Shown here piece by piece: positions 29,994-39,234 of a DNA stretch of 64,000 nt (within the stretch, counting starts at the first letter, position 1; each line of letters begins with the position of its first letter). The notes beneath the pieces are model-generated. The model was not told where the DNA came from, did no database searches, and saw nothing but the letters and a program-made list of their open reading frames with translations. The stretch is from a virus: the IMG/VR virus record IMGVR_UViG_3300021182_000253; one strand, written 5' to 3'. The position numbers and the translations under genes were made by a program.

Positions 29994-30304
29994 GCTAGTC
30001 CAAGTTCAGCGGCCAATTCGGCGTTCTCAGGGAAATCAAACCGCTGTTCGGCCAGACAATCGGCAATAGTAAGATCCGGTAATAGTTTCACTTGTCTATC
30101 ATATAGCACAAGATAGACTGCCGCAGCTAAATTAACACAATGCTTAGTTGGAATGACTACAAATCGATGACACTCCTTAAGAACTGATTGCGGAATTGAT
30201 CCGTCCTCTGGGCCGAAAATGTACAGCGCCTTCGGATTCACCATTGCTACCGCCGGAGTAACTCCCAATCGCTTGGCGTTCTTCCCATAAATCTCTGATT
30301 TCAT
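29990..30304 (-). pseudogene. TrmH/SpoU-family RNA methyltransferase, apparently internally deleted
   Basis: The C-terminal SPOUT knot motifs FGPEDGS and VNLAAAVYLVLYDR follow only about 25 N-terminal residues. Confidence 0.7.
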
Positions 30305-30624
30305 ACTATTTGTCTTTTGCTTTCTCTATAAAGTTCAAATCTAAATTCTTGCGGAGTTCTTCCCTTCAATATTTCGTCAGAAAATGCCATCCGCTCCTCT
30401 TTGAAATCATCTAAAACAAGATTTCGACCAAGCCTGATCTCAAAGCAATTTATGCAAATCATATCCCTTGGACAATCTGAATACGCTTTCCATAACTCAT
30501 TTTTAACTGCAAAGTAATCAGTCATACACATTTTACGAAAACAATCTTTACATTTATCTGAAAATCGATATATTTCATCTTTTACTTCATGCATAAAGCA
30601 CCTTCTTTGATCCATGAATAGCAT
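30301..30624 (-). CDS. Hypothetical protein
   Basis: CKDC...CINC. Confidence 0.5.
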   Translation of the reverse strand: MLFMDQRRCFMHEVKDEIYRFSDKCKDCFRKMCMTDYFAVKNELWKAYSDCPRDMICINCFEIRLGRNLVLDDFKEERMAFSDEILKGRTPQEFRFELYRESKRQIV

Positions 30625-31469
30625 ACATCACCATTTTGGAACACTACAAGCTGTCTAACGAAATCTTTCTTTGGATCATGTTTTGTAACGTAATCTGTCA
30701 ATCTAAGAATATTCCCATTGAAATCATATACGCCACCGCCCCATACATGTCCGTGACACAACTTTGCATGTATATTAAGCCAACGCTTAATACCCCATAA
30801 ACCAAGTCTAGATGGTGTATATTCATTACGAGTACCATCTGGATTACCAACTGGCCATGATGTTATGTTTCTGTACCCAAGAGTTGTTGTTAGTTCAATA
30901 ATTGATTTCTCATACGTCTTAGCATCACAAACTTCATCCTTACGAAGAAGTAGCGTTGCCCTCACTCCAATTCCATATCTTTCTATGTTAGATCGAATAT
31001 GTTTGAATGATGGATATGATTTCAATCCATATGCTTCAGCTTGCTTCTTATTATCAGTTGAATGAATTGATAAAGCAACATTACCCAACCCAAGGTCTTT
31101 CCATATCGGAAGCCATTGCTTGCAGAATTCTTCATCCCCTAGTAATATTCCATTTGAAAATAGATTCACATTCGGGAAATATGCTCCCTGCGATGCACAT
31201 TTTGAATATACTCCAAGTGCCGTTGTTACGTCTTTTGGTGAGCAAGTTGGTTCACCACTTGATGTCAATGATAAGCTCCATCCTCCATATCGAGCAGAAA
31301 GCTTAATCGCGGCCTCAAGATTCTTGAGATACAAATCAGTAGTTCGCGCTTGCTTTCTAAGATATTTACCTGCGCAGAAAGCACAGTTTCCATTACATAT
31401 TCCACTTCCAACCAAAGCTGAAACGCTATAAATCTTTTCTATACAGGCCATGTTAATTAATCCGGCCAA
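30582..31469 (-). CDS. Radical SAM protein
   Basis: CNGNCAFC (CxxxCxxC), SSGEP. Confidence 0.85.
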   Translation of the reverse strand: MAGLINMACIEKIYSVSALVGSGICNGNCAFCAGKYLRKQARTTDLYLKNLEAAIKLSARYGGWSLSLTSSGEPTCSPKDVTTALGVYSKCASQGAYFPNVNLFSNGILLGDEEFCKQWLPIWKDLGLGNVALSIHSTDNKKQAEAYGLKSYPSFKHIRSNIERYGIGVRATLLLRKDEVCDAKTYEKSIIELTTTLGYRNITSWPVGNPDGTRNEYTPSRLGLWGIKRWLNIHAKLCHGHVWGGGVYDFNGNILRLTDYVTKHDPKKDFVRQLVVFQNGDVCYSWIKEGALCMK

Positions 31470-31493
31470 TCAGGAGGCATCGACTTAAATGAC

Positions 31494-31529
31494 TAGGAGT
31501 CCTCAAATCTAAATGAAATGGGACTCCTA
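31494..31529 (-). terminator. Hairpin/terminator
   Basis: TAGGAGTCC...GGACTCCTA inverted repeat downstream of the NADAR gene. Confidence 0.5.
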
Positions 31530-31548
31530 ATGGGAAATTTATAGAAAC

Positions 31549-32343
31549 TTAATCCATATTACTGGAATCAAAATCAAATTCTTCGTCATCATCCTCGTCA
31601 TCATCCTCGTCTTCATCTGATGATGCTTCATCACTTGGACTTTCCAACAATTCTTCTACCTTCGTGATGGTCTCGGCGAAGTTCTTAACCTTCCTAATTG
31701 CGTCCTCAATCAAAGAAAGTTCCTTGCCGGTTTTGCTAGCTATGTATGCTGCATTGTAGTCATTGGCATCGACCAATGACATAACAGCCTTTGCACCCAA
31801 GAATAGATCTTGGCAAACATTTGCCAATACCTCATCAACACCAAACTTAAGAAGTGCCTGTTCCAATGTTGGAACTTCTTCTTCGTCAGATTTACTTTCA
31901 TCAGGATCAATTCCGTAAATGAATTGAAGATCTGAACGGAGATCTTGTAGAAGTTCTCCCATCATATTCTGGCCTTCACCGCTTCTACCAGTTCCCCAGA
32001 ATTCATCATAACCCTCCATGACGATTGGTAATCCGCCTGTCTTCACAAGCATTTCAGATAAAGAAATCGCTTCAAACTTCTGACGTATAAGAAGCTTCAT
32101 GATCTCTTCACCATTAAAATTATCTCTCTTCTTCAGAGAGCGGACAATCTTGCGGGCTTCACGAACACTTTCAGTCTCGGCAATCTGCTGCCTAATCTCA
32201 CGGTCATTTGTCTTAGATGCCTGATAAGCATGTTCAAGAGTTGGGAATGTTATACCGCCAAGAACGATATTAATCCTGTAATCATTTCGAAGCCAATCGA
32301 TATTACCAACAATAATCTTTTCCATTATATTTCCTTCTTCCAA
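31549..32343 (-). CDS. NADAR (YbiA-like) protein with an acidic C-terminal extension
   Basis: FPTLEHAYQASK, QKF, FWG...GQNMMGELLQDLR. Confidence 0.85.
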   Translation of the reverse strand: MEEGNIMEKIIVGNIDWLRNDYRINIVLGGITFPTLEHAYQASKTNDREIRQQIAETESVREARKIVRSLKKRDNFNGEEIMKLLIRQKFEAISLSEMLVKTGGLPIVMEGYDEFWGTGRSGEGQNMMGELLQDLRSDLQFIYGIDPDESKSDEEEVPTLEQALLKFGVDEVLANVCQDLFLGAKAVMSLVDANDYNAAYIASKTGKELSLIEDAIRKVKNFAETITKVEELLESPSDEASSDEDEDDDEDDDEEFDFDSSNMD

Positions 32344-32765
32344 TTTTTACCCGGCTGAACTCGCATCTCTAAATCACGTGATACAATTTCTTGATCACCA
32401 AGCCATTTTAAGGCACGCATGATCAGAATATCCTGATCATACCCACCAACTTTATGAATCAAATCTCTGACTTCTATTGGTGAAAGTTCACCAACAACAT
32501 CAATAATCTTCTGAAGTAATTCTGTATTGTTATTAACATCTATATCTTCAGACGATTGAGTTGTGTTCATTCTACGACGACGGTATGTGTAATCTCCTAA
32601 ATGATCCAATACAGAACACAATTTCATTCTACGAATTTTTAGTTGTTCTGCTCTATTTAGAGTTTCATCAATCTCTTGTATTTCTAACTTTGCCGCTTCT
32701 GCTGCATTGAAACCTTTAATTGAAGACTCAGCAATGAATGTTGAAATGAATTCCGCATCCGACAT
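32325..32765 (-). CDS. Hypothetical protein (possible C-terminal winged helix)
   Basis: 146 aa co-oriented ORF. Confidence 0.6.
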   Translation of the reverse strand: MSDAEFISTFIAESSIKGFNAAEAAKLEIQEIDETLNRAEQLKIRRMKLCSVLDHLGDYTYRRRRMNTTQSSEDIDVNNNTELLQKIIDVVGELSPIEVRDLIHKVGGYDQDILIMRALKWLGDQEIVSRDLEMRVQPGKNWKKEI

Positions 32766-32977
32766 TACAATTCACCTACACTTATCTCATACCTATGATA
32801 TGAAGGATATTGTTTCTGTAAGTTATCTAAACAGACTTTATCTGTTGCTATTTTGGTGGTAGCCGATTGGATCGCATACATAATATCATCTGGTAAAAAA
32901 TCAGATTGATTATTTGCGTGCGCCGCCTCTATTTTATGAGGCGTCAATATCCAGAAGACCATATTGTGTCCGCTCAT
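32765..32977 (-). CDS. Hypothetical protein
   Basis: Coupled small ORF. Confidence 0.45.
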   Translation of the reverse strand: MSGHNMVFWILTPHKIEAAHANNQSDFLPDDIMYAIQSATTKIATDKVCLDNLQKQYPSYHRYEISVGEL

Positions 32978-33000
32978 TAGCTAGCAGCGGCATGGTACCA

Positions 33001-33531
33001 TTAGGCACTTTTTTCGTCAACCTCGATTATCTCAGCTAGATCTTTCTGAAGTTCTTCCGGAATATTCGAAGATGATTGCCACAATATTCCATCTTGCACC
33101 ATTGTCTCAAACCCCAAAATTAGTTGCAGCCGCTGGGCCAAACTTATTGGAAGCCATTTATCTCCGGCTTTCATCACAATTGTTCCTGGGTCTTCATCAT
33201 TTGCCCAGTCGTAATGAAAAGACATTCTAATTGAATCTGATTGAAATTCACCACTAAAATCTTTGAATCCAATAACACATGCAAACTCAAGTTTATCTGG
33301 ATCAACATCAAGTCCTGACAGTAAACAGCAAACAGTTCCTTCTGATCCTTTTGCCTCTCCGTACCAAATTGGAATTTTTCTAACTACACCATCTTCATCT
33401 GATACATTCAACATCTTCTTAGTCAAAAGATCTGAATGAGTCAAACTAACCTTTCCAATAGAAAATGGAGTGGCTCCAAGATCCTTTGCAAGCTTTAATG
33501 ATAATTCTTTACATAATGCAAATTCTCTCAT
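33001..33531 (-). CDS. Hypothetical protein
   Basis: 176 aa. Confidence 0.65.
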   Translation of the reverse strand: MREFALCKELSLKLAKDLGATPFSIGKVSLTHSDLLTKKMLNVSDEDGVVRKIPIWYGEAKGSEGTVCCLLSGLDVDPDKLEFACVIGFKDFSGEFQSDSIRMSFHYDWANDEDPGTIVMKAGDKWLPISLAQRLQLILGFETMVQDGILWQSSSNIPEELQKDLAEIIEVDEKSA

Positions 33532-33782
33532 AGTATTTTCCCCATTGATGATAATGAGGCTAGTAATGTAGCCAACCCATTATTAGCTCTGGACTTCTCA
33601 TTGTTCTCGTCTACGATCCTAATTTGATCTTCTATGAATTTCTCAAATTCAAATGGATCTTGTTCATCTTCTCTTCTTCGCATTAATTCACTCATGCAAG
33701 ATTTTGCTTCATCTGGACATAGACCAAGAACTCTGTTGCTAACAATAACAGCCGCTAGTGATTCTGAAGTTGGTTTATCCAT
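33528..33782 (-). CDS. Hypothetical protein
   Basis: Coupled ORF. Confidence 0.6.
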   Translation of the reverse strand: MDKPTSESLAAVIVSNRVLGLCPDEAKSCMSELMRRREDEQDPFEFEKFIEDQIRIVDENNEKSRANNGLATLLASLSSMGKIL

Positions 33783-34092
33783 TGTTTAGTCTTTTAGATA
33801 ATGATTTCTTGCATTTGAATTTAGGGAATACCTTCTTTGTATTTGAGGTAACCTTTGGACTAGATATGAAGAAAGATCCAAATCCCCTTATATCAACAGA
33901 CTGACCACTTAACATAAATGTTCTAATCTCCTGAAAGAATAAGGATAGAACTCTTCTCGATTGATCTTTATTGAATCCACAATAAGCAACTATAGCTTCC
34001 GAGATATGATCAAGCTCAGATATATCTATAGGATATCCATTTGCCCTAGATGCTAAGTATTCTTCTATTCCTGGTAGGCCATTAAATTCCAT
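33775..34092 (-). CDS. HU/IHF-like DNA-binding protein
   Basis: GQSVDIRGFGSF...VFPKFK. Confidence 0.75.
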   Translation of the reverse strand: MEFNGLPGIEEYLASRANGYPIDISELDHISEAIVAYCGFNKDQSRRVLSLFFQEIRTFMLSGQSVDIRGFGSFFISSPKVTSNTKKVFPKFKCKKSLSKRLNNG

Positions 34093-34279
34093 TGGTCACT
34101 AATAAAAAATTGAATTCTTTGGTAACAAAATAATTTTCACGTGCAAATCAGCGCAACAATTACTTCGTAATTGTTATTAATTAACTATTAATTAATTAAT
34201 GATCTTAAGATCTTCCTTCTCCAAATCCCCTTTAAAAGATCTTGGTGAGCTTAGAGCCCTCGACCGAAAGTTATATTCA

Positions 34280-34834
34280 TCACCCAAAATCAAAAGGAAA
34301 GTTTATTTTAGCGAATTCTCCAAAGTATTTAATTGCTGCTATATCATAAGCTTTAGCCGCTTCAATTTCTTTATCAAAATAACCAAGATTTATTGTTTTA
34401 TGTTTTTTGCTATTTGGCCTTAAATCACCAGCCGCAATTGACGAGTGCCATTTATTAAGTTTATTAGACCAAGACACACCTTTGTATTGAGAGGAACAGT
34501 TTTTTCTTTTTGCTTTATTCCTATTATTATCTAATGATCTTGCTTCTCTTAAATTATTAGATTGATTATTAATGCCATTTCTATCTCTGTGATCCAATTG
34601 TACAATTTTTCCATTTACATTTGGATATAATAACCACCATATTTCATGGTGCATTTTAATTACTTTTTGTTTACCATTTTCAAGCGAAATTACTCTGCAC
34701 GCATAATATGTAAGATGATCTTTGACAGCAAACCATTTCCATTGGTTTATATATGAAAAATGTTTATCGTCAATTAAAGCAATTTGGCACTGAGTTAATG
34801 ATATCTCTTTCATTATTCGTCCGATCCTGACCAT
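34280..34834 (-). CDS. HNH-AP2 homing endonuclease
   Basis: DHRDRNGINNQSNNLR; SSQYKGVSW...NLGYF..EIEAAKAYD. Confidence 0.9.
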   Translation of the reverse strand: MVRIGRIMKEISLTQCQIALIDDKHFSYINQWKWFAVKDHLTYYACRVISLENGKQKVIKMHHEIWWLLYPNVNGKIVQLDHRDRNGINNQSNNLREARSLDNNRNKAKRKNCSSQYKGVSWSNKLNKWHSSIAAGDLRPNSKKHKTINLGYFDKEIEAAKAYDIAAIKYFGEFAKINFPFDFG

Positions 34835-34885
34835 GACACGCGAATGATACTTGTTAGATTATCCACGAAGCCTCTACGTTAGCGA

Positions 34886-37129
34886 TTATGATTCGTGCCG
34901 GCTGACGGCCGTCAATTCGTTAGAGCTTGCCAAAGCGGCATACTTTGAAAAAACAGAAACCATCTCAAGAGTCATTCTCGCAGAACTGAATTTTTCCTGA
35001 TTAAGTTTTGCTTTTGCCTTATCGAAATACTCTGGAATCTTAGTTATTGCATATTCAAGAGCCTTAATTACAAATGGATTCATTCCATCAACATCCTTTA
35101 TATCGTCATATTCATGTTGGAATTTTTCAATCCTTGCATCAAGTAATGTTTCTTCTATCTTGCTCAATATATCTTGTGGCAAATTCGACTCGCCAATACG
35201 CTTGTATAATTCTTCTGTTCTATTTTCTTGTAGTCTTAATAGGTTCGTAATTTGATTCCTAATATCTGGAACATTATTTGGATCCATTGAGGCCAATTTT
35301 CTCCACTTAACAAGCTCAAACTTATTCCTCTTGTACTCTGGTTTTCTAATTCGATCCATTTCTTCTTCTGTCTCAATTCTTTTTATGTATTGAGCATGAG
35401 TCTCTTTTGGTCTTCGTTCCAATCTATATTGTTTCTTTCGCTCCAAATAACCAAGGGCATCTCCGCGAGCTAAGATTCTTTGTAAATAACGATGTCGAGA
35501 AGTATCCGCTAAATCCTTCTCGTGTTCCTGTCTGGCTTTATAATCATCTTCAGATTCATCTATTCTCTTATGTCTTGGATTCTTCTTACCAAAAAGTGGA
35601 TCCGGTGATGTTACCATAGGCGCACCAGGATCTTGATGCAAGCCAGCTTCTGCACTTTCAGCAATTGACATATTTTCAACACCACTATCAGCAGCTCTAG
35701 CTTCTATATTCTTCCAAATCAAATAAACATCAGAGAATTGATCATGAGCTAATTTTATATATTCTGGGTTCACTACGAATATTTGACGCACAAGATCGCT
35801 AATTACATCAAAGATATCTTGTAATGCATCCTCTGCTGCAGCAGTTCTCTCGTCTCCTTTTCCAACCTTTAATTCAAGAAAGTCCTTTACTTTGGCGAAT
35901 TTTATAGTCTGCCTTCCAAATTCAGAAATAATTTGAGTCAGTCTATCTGCACTATCTTTCGGGATGGCTGACAGATCCACATCGCCCTCGCTAAGAGGTT
36001 GTGCTAATGTCTCCAACTCATCATCTGGGTCTGCTTTGATATCAGGAAAGATTTCGTCTAATTGCTTATCTGAAACATTTAGAGATTCAACTGATAGGCT
36101 TCCAGTCTTAATGGCTTCAGAATAATTTACTATTGATCTTTTAGCATCAACAAAGGCTTTCCCAGCAAGGAGCTCTTGAGCACCAATATTCTTTAGATTG
36201 TTTTTATCTACATCACTATATTCCGGAACTAAACCACTGACAAGTTCTGAAAGATTATCCCATTCAGTTTGCGCAGTTTGTTCAGCTTCATCAATTGTAA
36301 TTCCTAATTTCATCAATCTAATAGCTCTGTTGTTCACAAAAACAAGTTCGGGACCATACCATTTGCTTTTCAATTCTCTGATTGGCCCGCGCTTACGTCC
36401 TATGGTCAGCTTGGATACTTCCGAATCAAAGCGCTCTTGATATCGCACAGGAAGTTTCTTTGCTTCTTTCCCAAAGTGATCTCGTAATATTTGAACCGCA
36501 GATATTCCCTTTTCCTTACCTTCACCAAAAACAACATCAGCATGATTAATCAAACCCATAAGATGGGCAGTGACCAATGCCAATACAGTAGAAATAAGCT
36601 TCTTGTTACCGTAGTTACTTCTGATTTCCTCATCAGCATAATTCAATGCGGTTATCGCATCGGCCAAATGAGACTCTTCTGGAAGCGATTCTAGATATTG
36701 TTGAGCTTCCTGAACTGTCATTGCTGGTTCGGGCTCTGGCTTAACTTCGATAACTGGTTCCTGCTTAGGCTCTTGAACAGGTTTTATCTCAGGCTCTTCA
36801 TCATCAGGAAGCTTTGTCCAATGGGAGGTTGGAAACTGGTCTTCAATTTTGAACTTCTTGATAGGCGTCCAGGCTGGATCGAACCATGACGGAAGCTCTT
36901 TCTTTGCTGGTTGTGTCGCAACAGGCACAGGGGCAACAGCGGGGGTCTGTACAGGAACTGTCACGGGTGGTGTTGGAGCGATCTCCGCAGGAGGTATTGG
37001 TACCACCGCAGGTGTGTTCTTGGGTGTTGTGGGCGGAGTATACAGAGGGAAATCGAAATCTTCATTATCCTCTGATGTCATCGCTACACTTTCAAGCAGA
37101 TTATTTAATAGCCCATACCTATCCAGCAT
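34886..37129 (-). CDS. Large hypothetical protein with Pro/Thr/Glu-rich N-terminus
   Basis: 747 aa ORF. Confidence 0.75.
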   Translation of the reverse strand: MLDRYGLLNNLLESVAMTSEDNEDFDFPLYTPPTTPKNTPAVVPIPPAEIAPTPPVTVPVQTPAVAPVPVATQPAKKELPSWFDPAWTPIKKFKIEDQFPTSHWTKLPDDEEPEIKPVQEPKQEPVIEVKPEPEPAMTVQEAQQYLESLPEESHLADAITALNYADEEIRSNYGNKKLISTVLALVTAHLMGLINHADVVFGEGKEKGISAVQILRDHFGKEAKKLPVRYQERFDSEVSKLTIGRKRGPIRELKSKWYGPELVFVNNRAIRLMKLGITIDEAEQTAQTEWDNLSELVSGLVPEYSDVDKNNLKNIGAQELLAGKAFVDAKRSIVNYSEAIKTGSLSVESLNVSDKQLDEIFPDIKADPDDELETLAQPLSEGDVDLSAIPKDSADRLTQIISEFGRQTIKFAKVKDFLELKVGKGDERTAAAEDALQDIFDVISDLVRQIFVVNPEYIKLAHDQFSDVYLIWKNIEARAADSGVENMSIAESAEAGLHQDPGAPMVTSPDPLFGKKNPRHKRIDESEDDYKARQEHEKDLADTSRHRYLQRILARGDALGYLERKKQYRLERRPKETHAQYIKRIETEEEMDRIRKPEYKRNKFELVKWRKLASMDPNNVPDIRNQITNLLRLQENRTEELYKRIGESNLPQDILSKIEETLLDARIEKFQHEYDDIKDVDGMNPFVIKALEYAITKIPEYFDKAKAKLNQEKFSSARMTLEMVSVFSKYAALASSNELTAVSRHES

Positions 37130-37150
37130 GTAGATATGCTGGATAATTAC

Positions 37151-37795
37151 TTATAGACCAAGGGCTTGGAACTCTTCTGGGGGTAGTTTTTCTGCCAATC
37201 CCCTAACTACCTGCTCATATAATTTATCCACATCTCTTTCATCATTCCTTTCCCAGCCTTTTGGGCGAATAATTTCAAGATATTCCTTGGCTTTATCAGG
37301 ACTTCCCCTCTGGATTAAGCCAATAATATGTCCAATGTGACTATCAATAAGTCTTGCTAGTCGAATTTTTGCTGCAACATTACCATCTGTTGATTTTTGA
37401 ATATGATCAGCAACTTTTAATAACCTATCTATATTGGACGCTATTCTTCTTTGTGGAACGTTGACATCAACACCAGAGTCTCTTGAGCACCATTTATTCC
37501 ATTCTTTAATGAAACCTTCAAACTTATCAGGTCTAGTTTCATGCCCAAGATCATTGAGATAAAAATTGACAATATTATTGCCCTTAGTGTCTTTGATCTG
37601 TTGCAGGGCTAGAATGGCTTTTACCCAATGAGGATCTGGTCTTTCAACACCACGCGCAGCATCATAGATCATTTTCCCGACATTGATAGACTTAGCTAAC
37701 TCTGTTCCCTTTTCAGTGAGCAGAGATCCTTTTGTTACCAAAAAGATATGATTATTCAACGCCGCTACTAATTTCAATACTCTTTCAACGTCCAT
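37151..37795 (-). CDS. Hypothetical protein
   Basis: 214 aa. Confidence 0.65.
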   Translation of the reverse strand: MDVERVLKLVAALNNHIFLVTKGSLLTEKGTELAKSINVGKMIYDAARGVERPDPHWVKAILALQQIKDTKGNNIVNFYLNDLGHETRPDKFEGFIKEWNKWCSRDSGVDVNVPQRRIASNIDRLLKVADHIQKSTDGNVAAKIRLARLIDSHIGHIIGLIQRGSPDKAKEYLEIIRPKGWERNDERDVDKLYEQVVRGLAEKLPPEEFQALGL

Positions 37796-37881
37796 GTATC
37801 AATGTTGGTTTATTGGCATGGCAGATTAAATGACAAAGGCCACCAGATTTCCCGGCAGCCTTCATCAATTACCCGAAACGA

Positions 37882-38139
37882 TTACTTCTTTGGAGCTGCG
37901 CTTGCCACAGGAGCCGCTACCGGAGCGCTTGCTACGGGAGCAGCCGAAACCACGGGGGCAGCACTTGCGGCAGGGGCCGAGGCTTCCGGGGCAACGCTTA
38001 CGGAGGTTATCTGGGTTGAAACGGCCGGAGCCGGGGCAGCAGCGGGAGCAGATGAACCGCCGCAATTGAGTAGAAGCAGAGATAGGACTGTGAATAGTTT
38101 CATTTGATTTTTACTTTCAATGAGATGTGCGCGATTCAT
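37882..38139 (-). CDS. Ala/Pro-rich secreted or lipoprotein-like peptide
   Basis: MKLFTVLSLLLLNC signal followed by repeated APAASAP/APVASAP units. Confidence 0.6.
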   Translation of the reverse strand: MNRAHLIESKNQMKLFTVLSLLLLNCGGSSAPAAAPAPAVSTQITSVSVAPEASAPAASAAPVVSAAPVASAPVAAPVASAAPKK

Positions 38140-38158
38140 CAGCGCAACTTAGGGCGCG

Positions 38159-38187
38159 ACGATAGTGCAAAAGTGAAAGAGAGTCAA
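38159..38187 (-). promoter_or_regulatory. sigma70-like promoter
   Basis: TTGACT-N17-TATCGT. Confidence 0.5.
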
Positions 38188-38190
38188 CTA

Positions 38191-38697
38191 CTATGTGTTA
38201 CAAACTGATTGGCCGGATTTTAGCACTTCAATTAGTTCATCAAGCCCGGTACACAATTTCCTATCCGCTAGATAAAATGTATCGGTTATTTTTCTAGTTC
38301 TATCGAATTTAGATTCTTTTGACCACAAATTTGATGTTGATGACATTAGGCAGATCATACATCCAGTAGGTCTAGAGATGAATACATATGCTAATGGCTT
38401 TACTTTTTTCCCATCAAATCCAGATACCGTATCTACGAATAAGGTTTTGTAAGGAAAGGATAATGTATATGTAAATGCTTCGTTGCGGCTTTTCGTTTCG
38501 ATCGTATGTCCATTGACAATTAAGTCTTTGGAAGACATGTACGCGCCGGCATCTTTGATTGAATCCCGAATCGTAAGCTCGGGCATCTCAACTTTCAAAC
38601 CGTGCAACTCGAAGAATAGTTTCGGCAATTTTTGCCATTCGAAACCCTCTTTTAGTTGGGAGAAGAATAAGTCGTCATTATCAGACCAGTTTGTCAT
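38191..38697 (-). CDS. Hypothetical protein, possible PD-(D/E)xK nuclease fold
   Basis: KDLIV...IETKSR. Confidence 0.55.
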   Translation of the reverse strand: MTNWSDNDDLFFSQLKEGFEWQKLPKLFFELHGLKVEMPELTIRDSIKDAGAYMSSKDLIVNGHTIETKSRNEAFTYTLSFPYKTLFVDTVSGFDGKKVKPLAYVFISRPTGCMICLMSSTSNLWSKESKFDRTRKITDTFYLADRKLCTGLDELIEVLKSGQSVCNT

Positions 38698-38855
38698 TTA
38701 TAATTTTTGAACAAGATTGCGTGTAAGAACCTTATGCATTCTTGCGAGCACTAAGTATCTTAGTAAAACACACTCAATAGGTCATTTACAATCAAATGTA
38801 GTTCCTGCTTGTATTCGTTGCAATTTGGACCGGCAAATGTAGATAATAAAAGTTT

Positions 38856-38978
38856 CGCAGTCGAGGTGAAATGCTTGTTTTGTTGCAAATGCAGGAATTG
38901 AACCTACTATTTTTCTTTTCAAGAGAAATGCCTAACCATTTGGCATAATTGCGTGTATGCATCTCGGATTTGACTGCG
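38856..38978 (-). ncRNA. Element A: degenerate tRNA (core 38881-38953, anticodon loop CU-UGA-AA) nested in a closing stem module
   Basis: Minus strand CGCAGUCAAAUCCGAGAUGCAUACA-[tRNA fold, T-loop UUCAAUU, ends ACA]-AAACAAGCAUUUCACCUCGACUGCG. Confidence 0.75.
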
Positions 38979-38979
38979 T

Positions 38980-39087
38980 TGGTGGAGCTAGCCGGAATCG
39001 AACCGACTTATTCGTGTAAGCATTAAAGGATGCGTCATAAATGACGCGAGTGGTAACGCTAATTACTTGATTTTAACCTTTAGCCCC
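38980..39087 (-). ncRNA. Element C: tRNA-Ala/tmRNA-TLD-like RNA carrying the shared module
   Basis: GGGGCUA/UAGCUCC acceptor stem with G3:U70, encoded ACCA, T-arm GUCGG-UUCGAUU-CCGGC; no D-stem or anticodon arm; 108 nt. Confidence 0.8.
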
Positions 39088-39106
39088 AGAGTGTAATAAA
39101 AGTTTA

Positions 39107-39230
39107 CGCAGTCGAGGTGAAATGCTTGTTTTGGTACGTAATATAGGAATTGAACCTATTGATGTTTTCGTGATAGGAAAACGCTCAACCATTGAGCAAA
39201 TTGCGTGTAAGCATCTCGAATTTGACTGCG
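39107..39230 (-). tRNA. Element B: tRNA (core 39132-39206, anticodon AUC, encoded CCA) nested in the same closing module as element A
   Basis: Full cloverleaf ACGCAAU/AUUACGU, GCUC/GAGC, UUUUC-CUAUCAC-GAAAA, AUAGG-UUCAAUU-CCUAU, ACCA; flanks nearly identical to element A. Confidence 0.8.
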
Positions 39231-39234
39231 TTAG

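Noticed and set aside
37802-38107. Overlapping plus-strand and alternative-frame ORFs over the Ala/Pro-rich gene
   Set aside because: They result from low-complexity GC-rich repeats; only the signal-peptide ORF has a promoter and a sensible N-terminus.
38980-39087. A complete tmRNA (ssrA) gene
   Set aside because: Only 108 nt; no tag ORF or pseudoknot region between the 5' and 3' acceptor halves.
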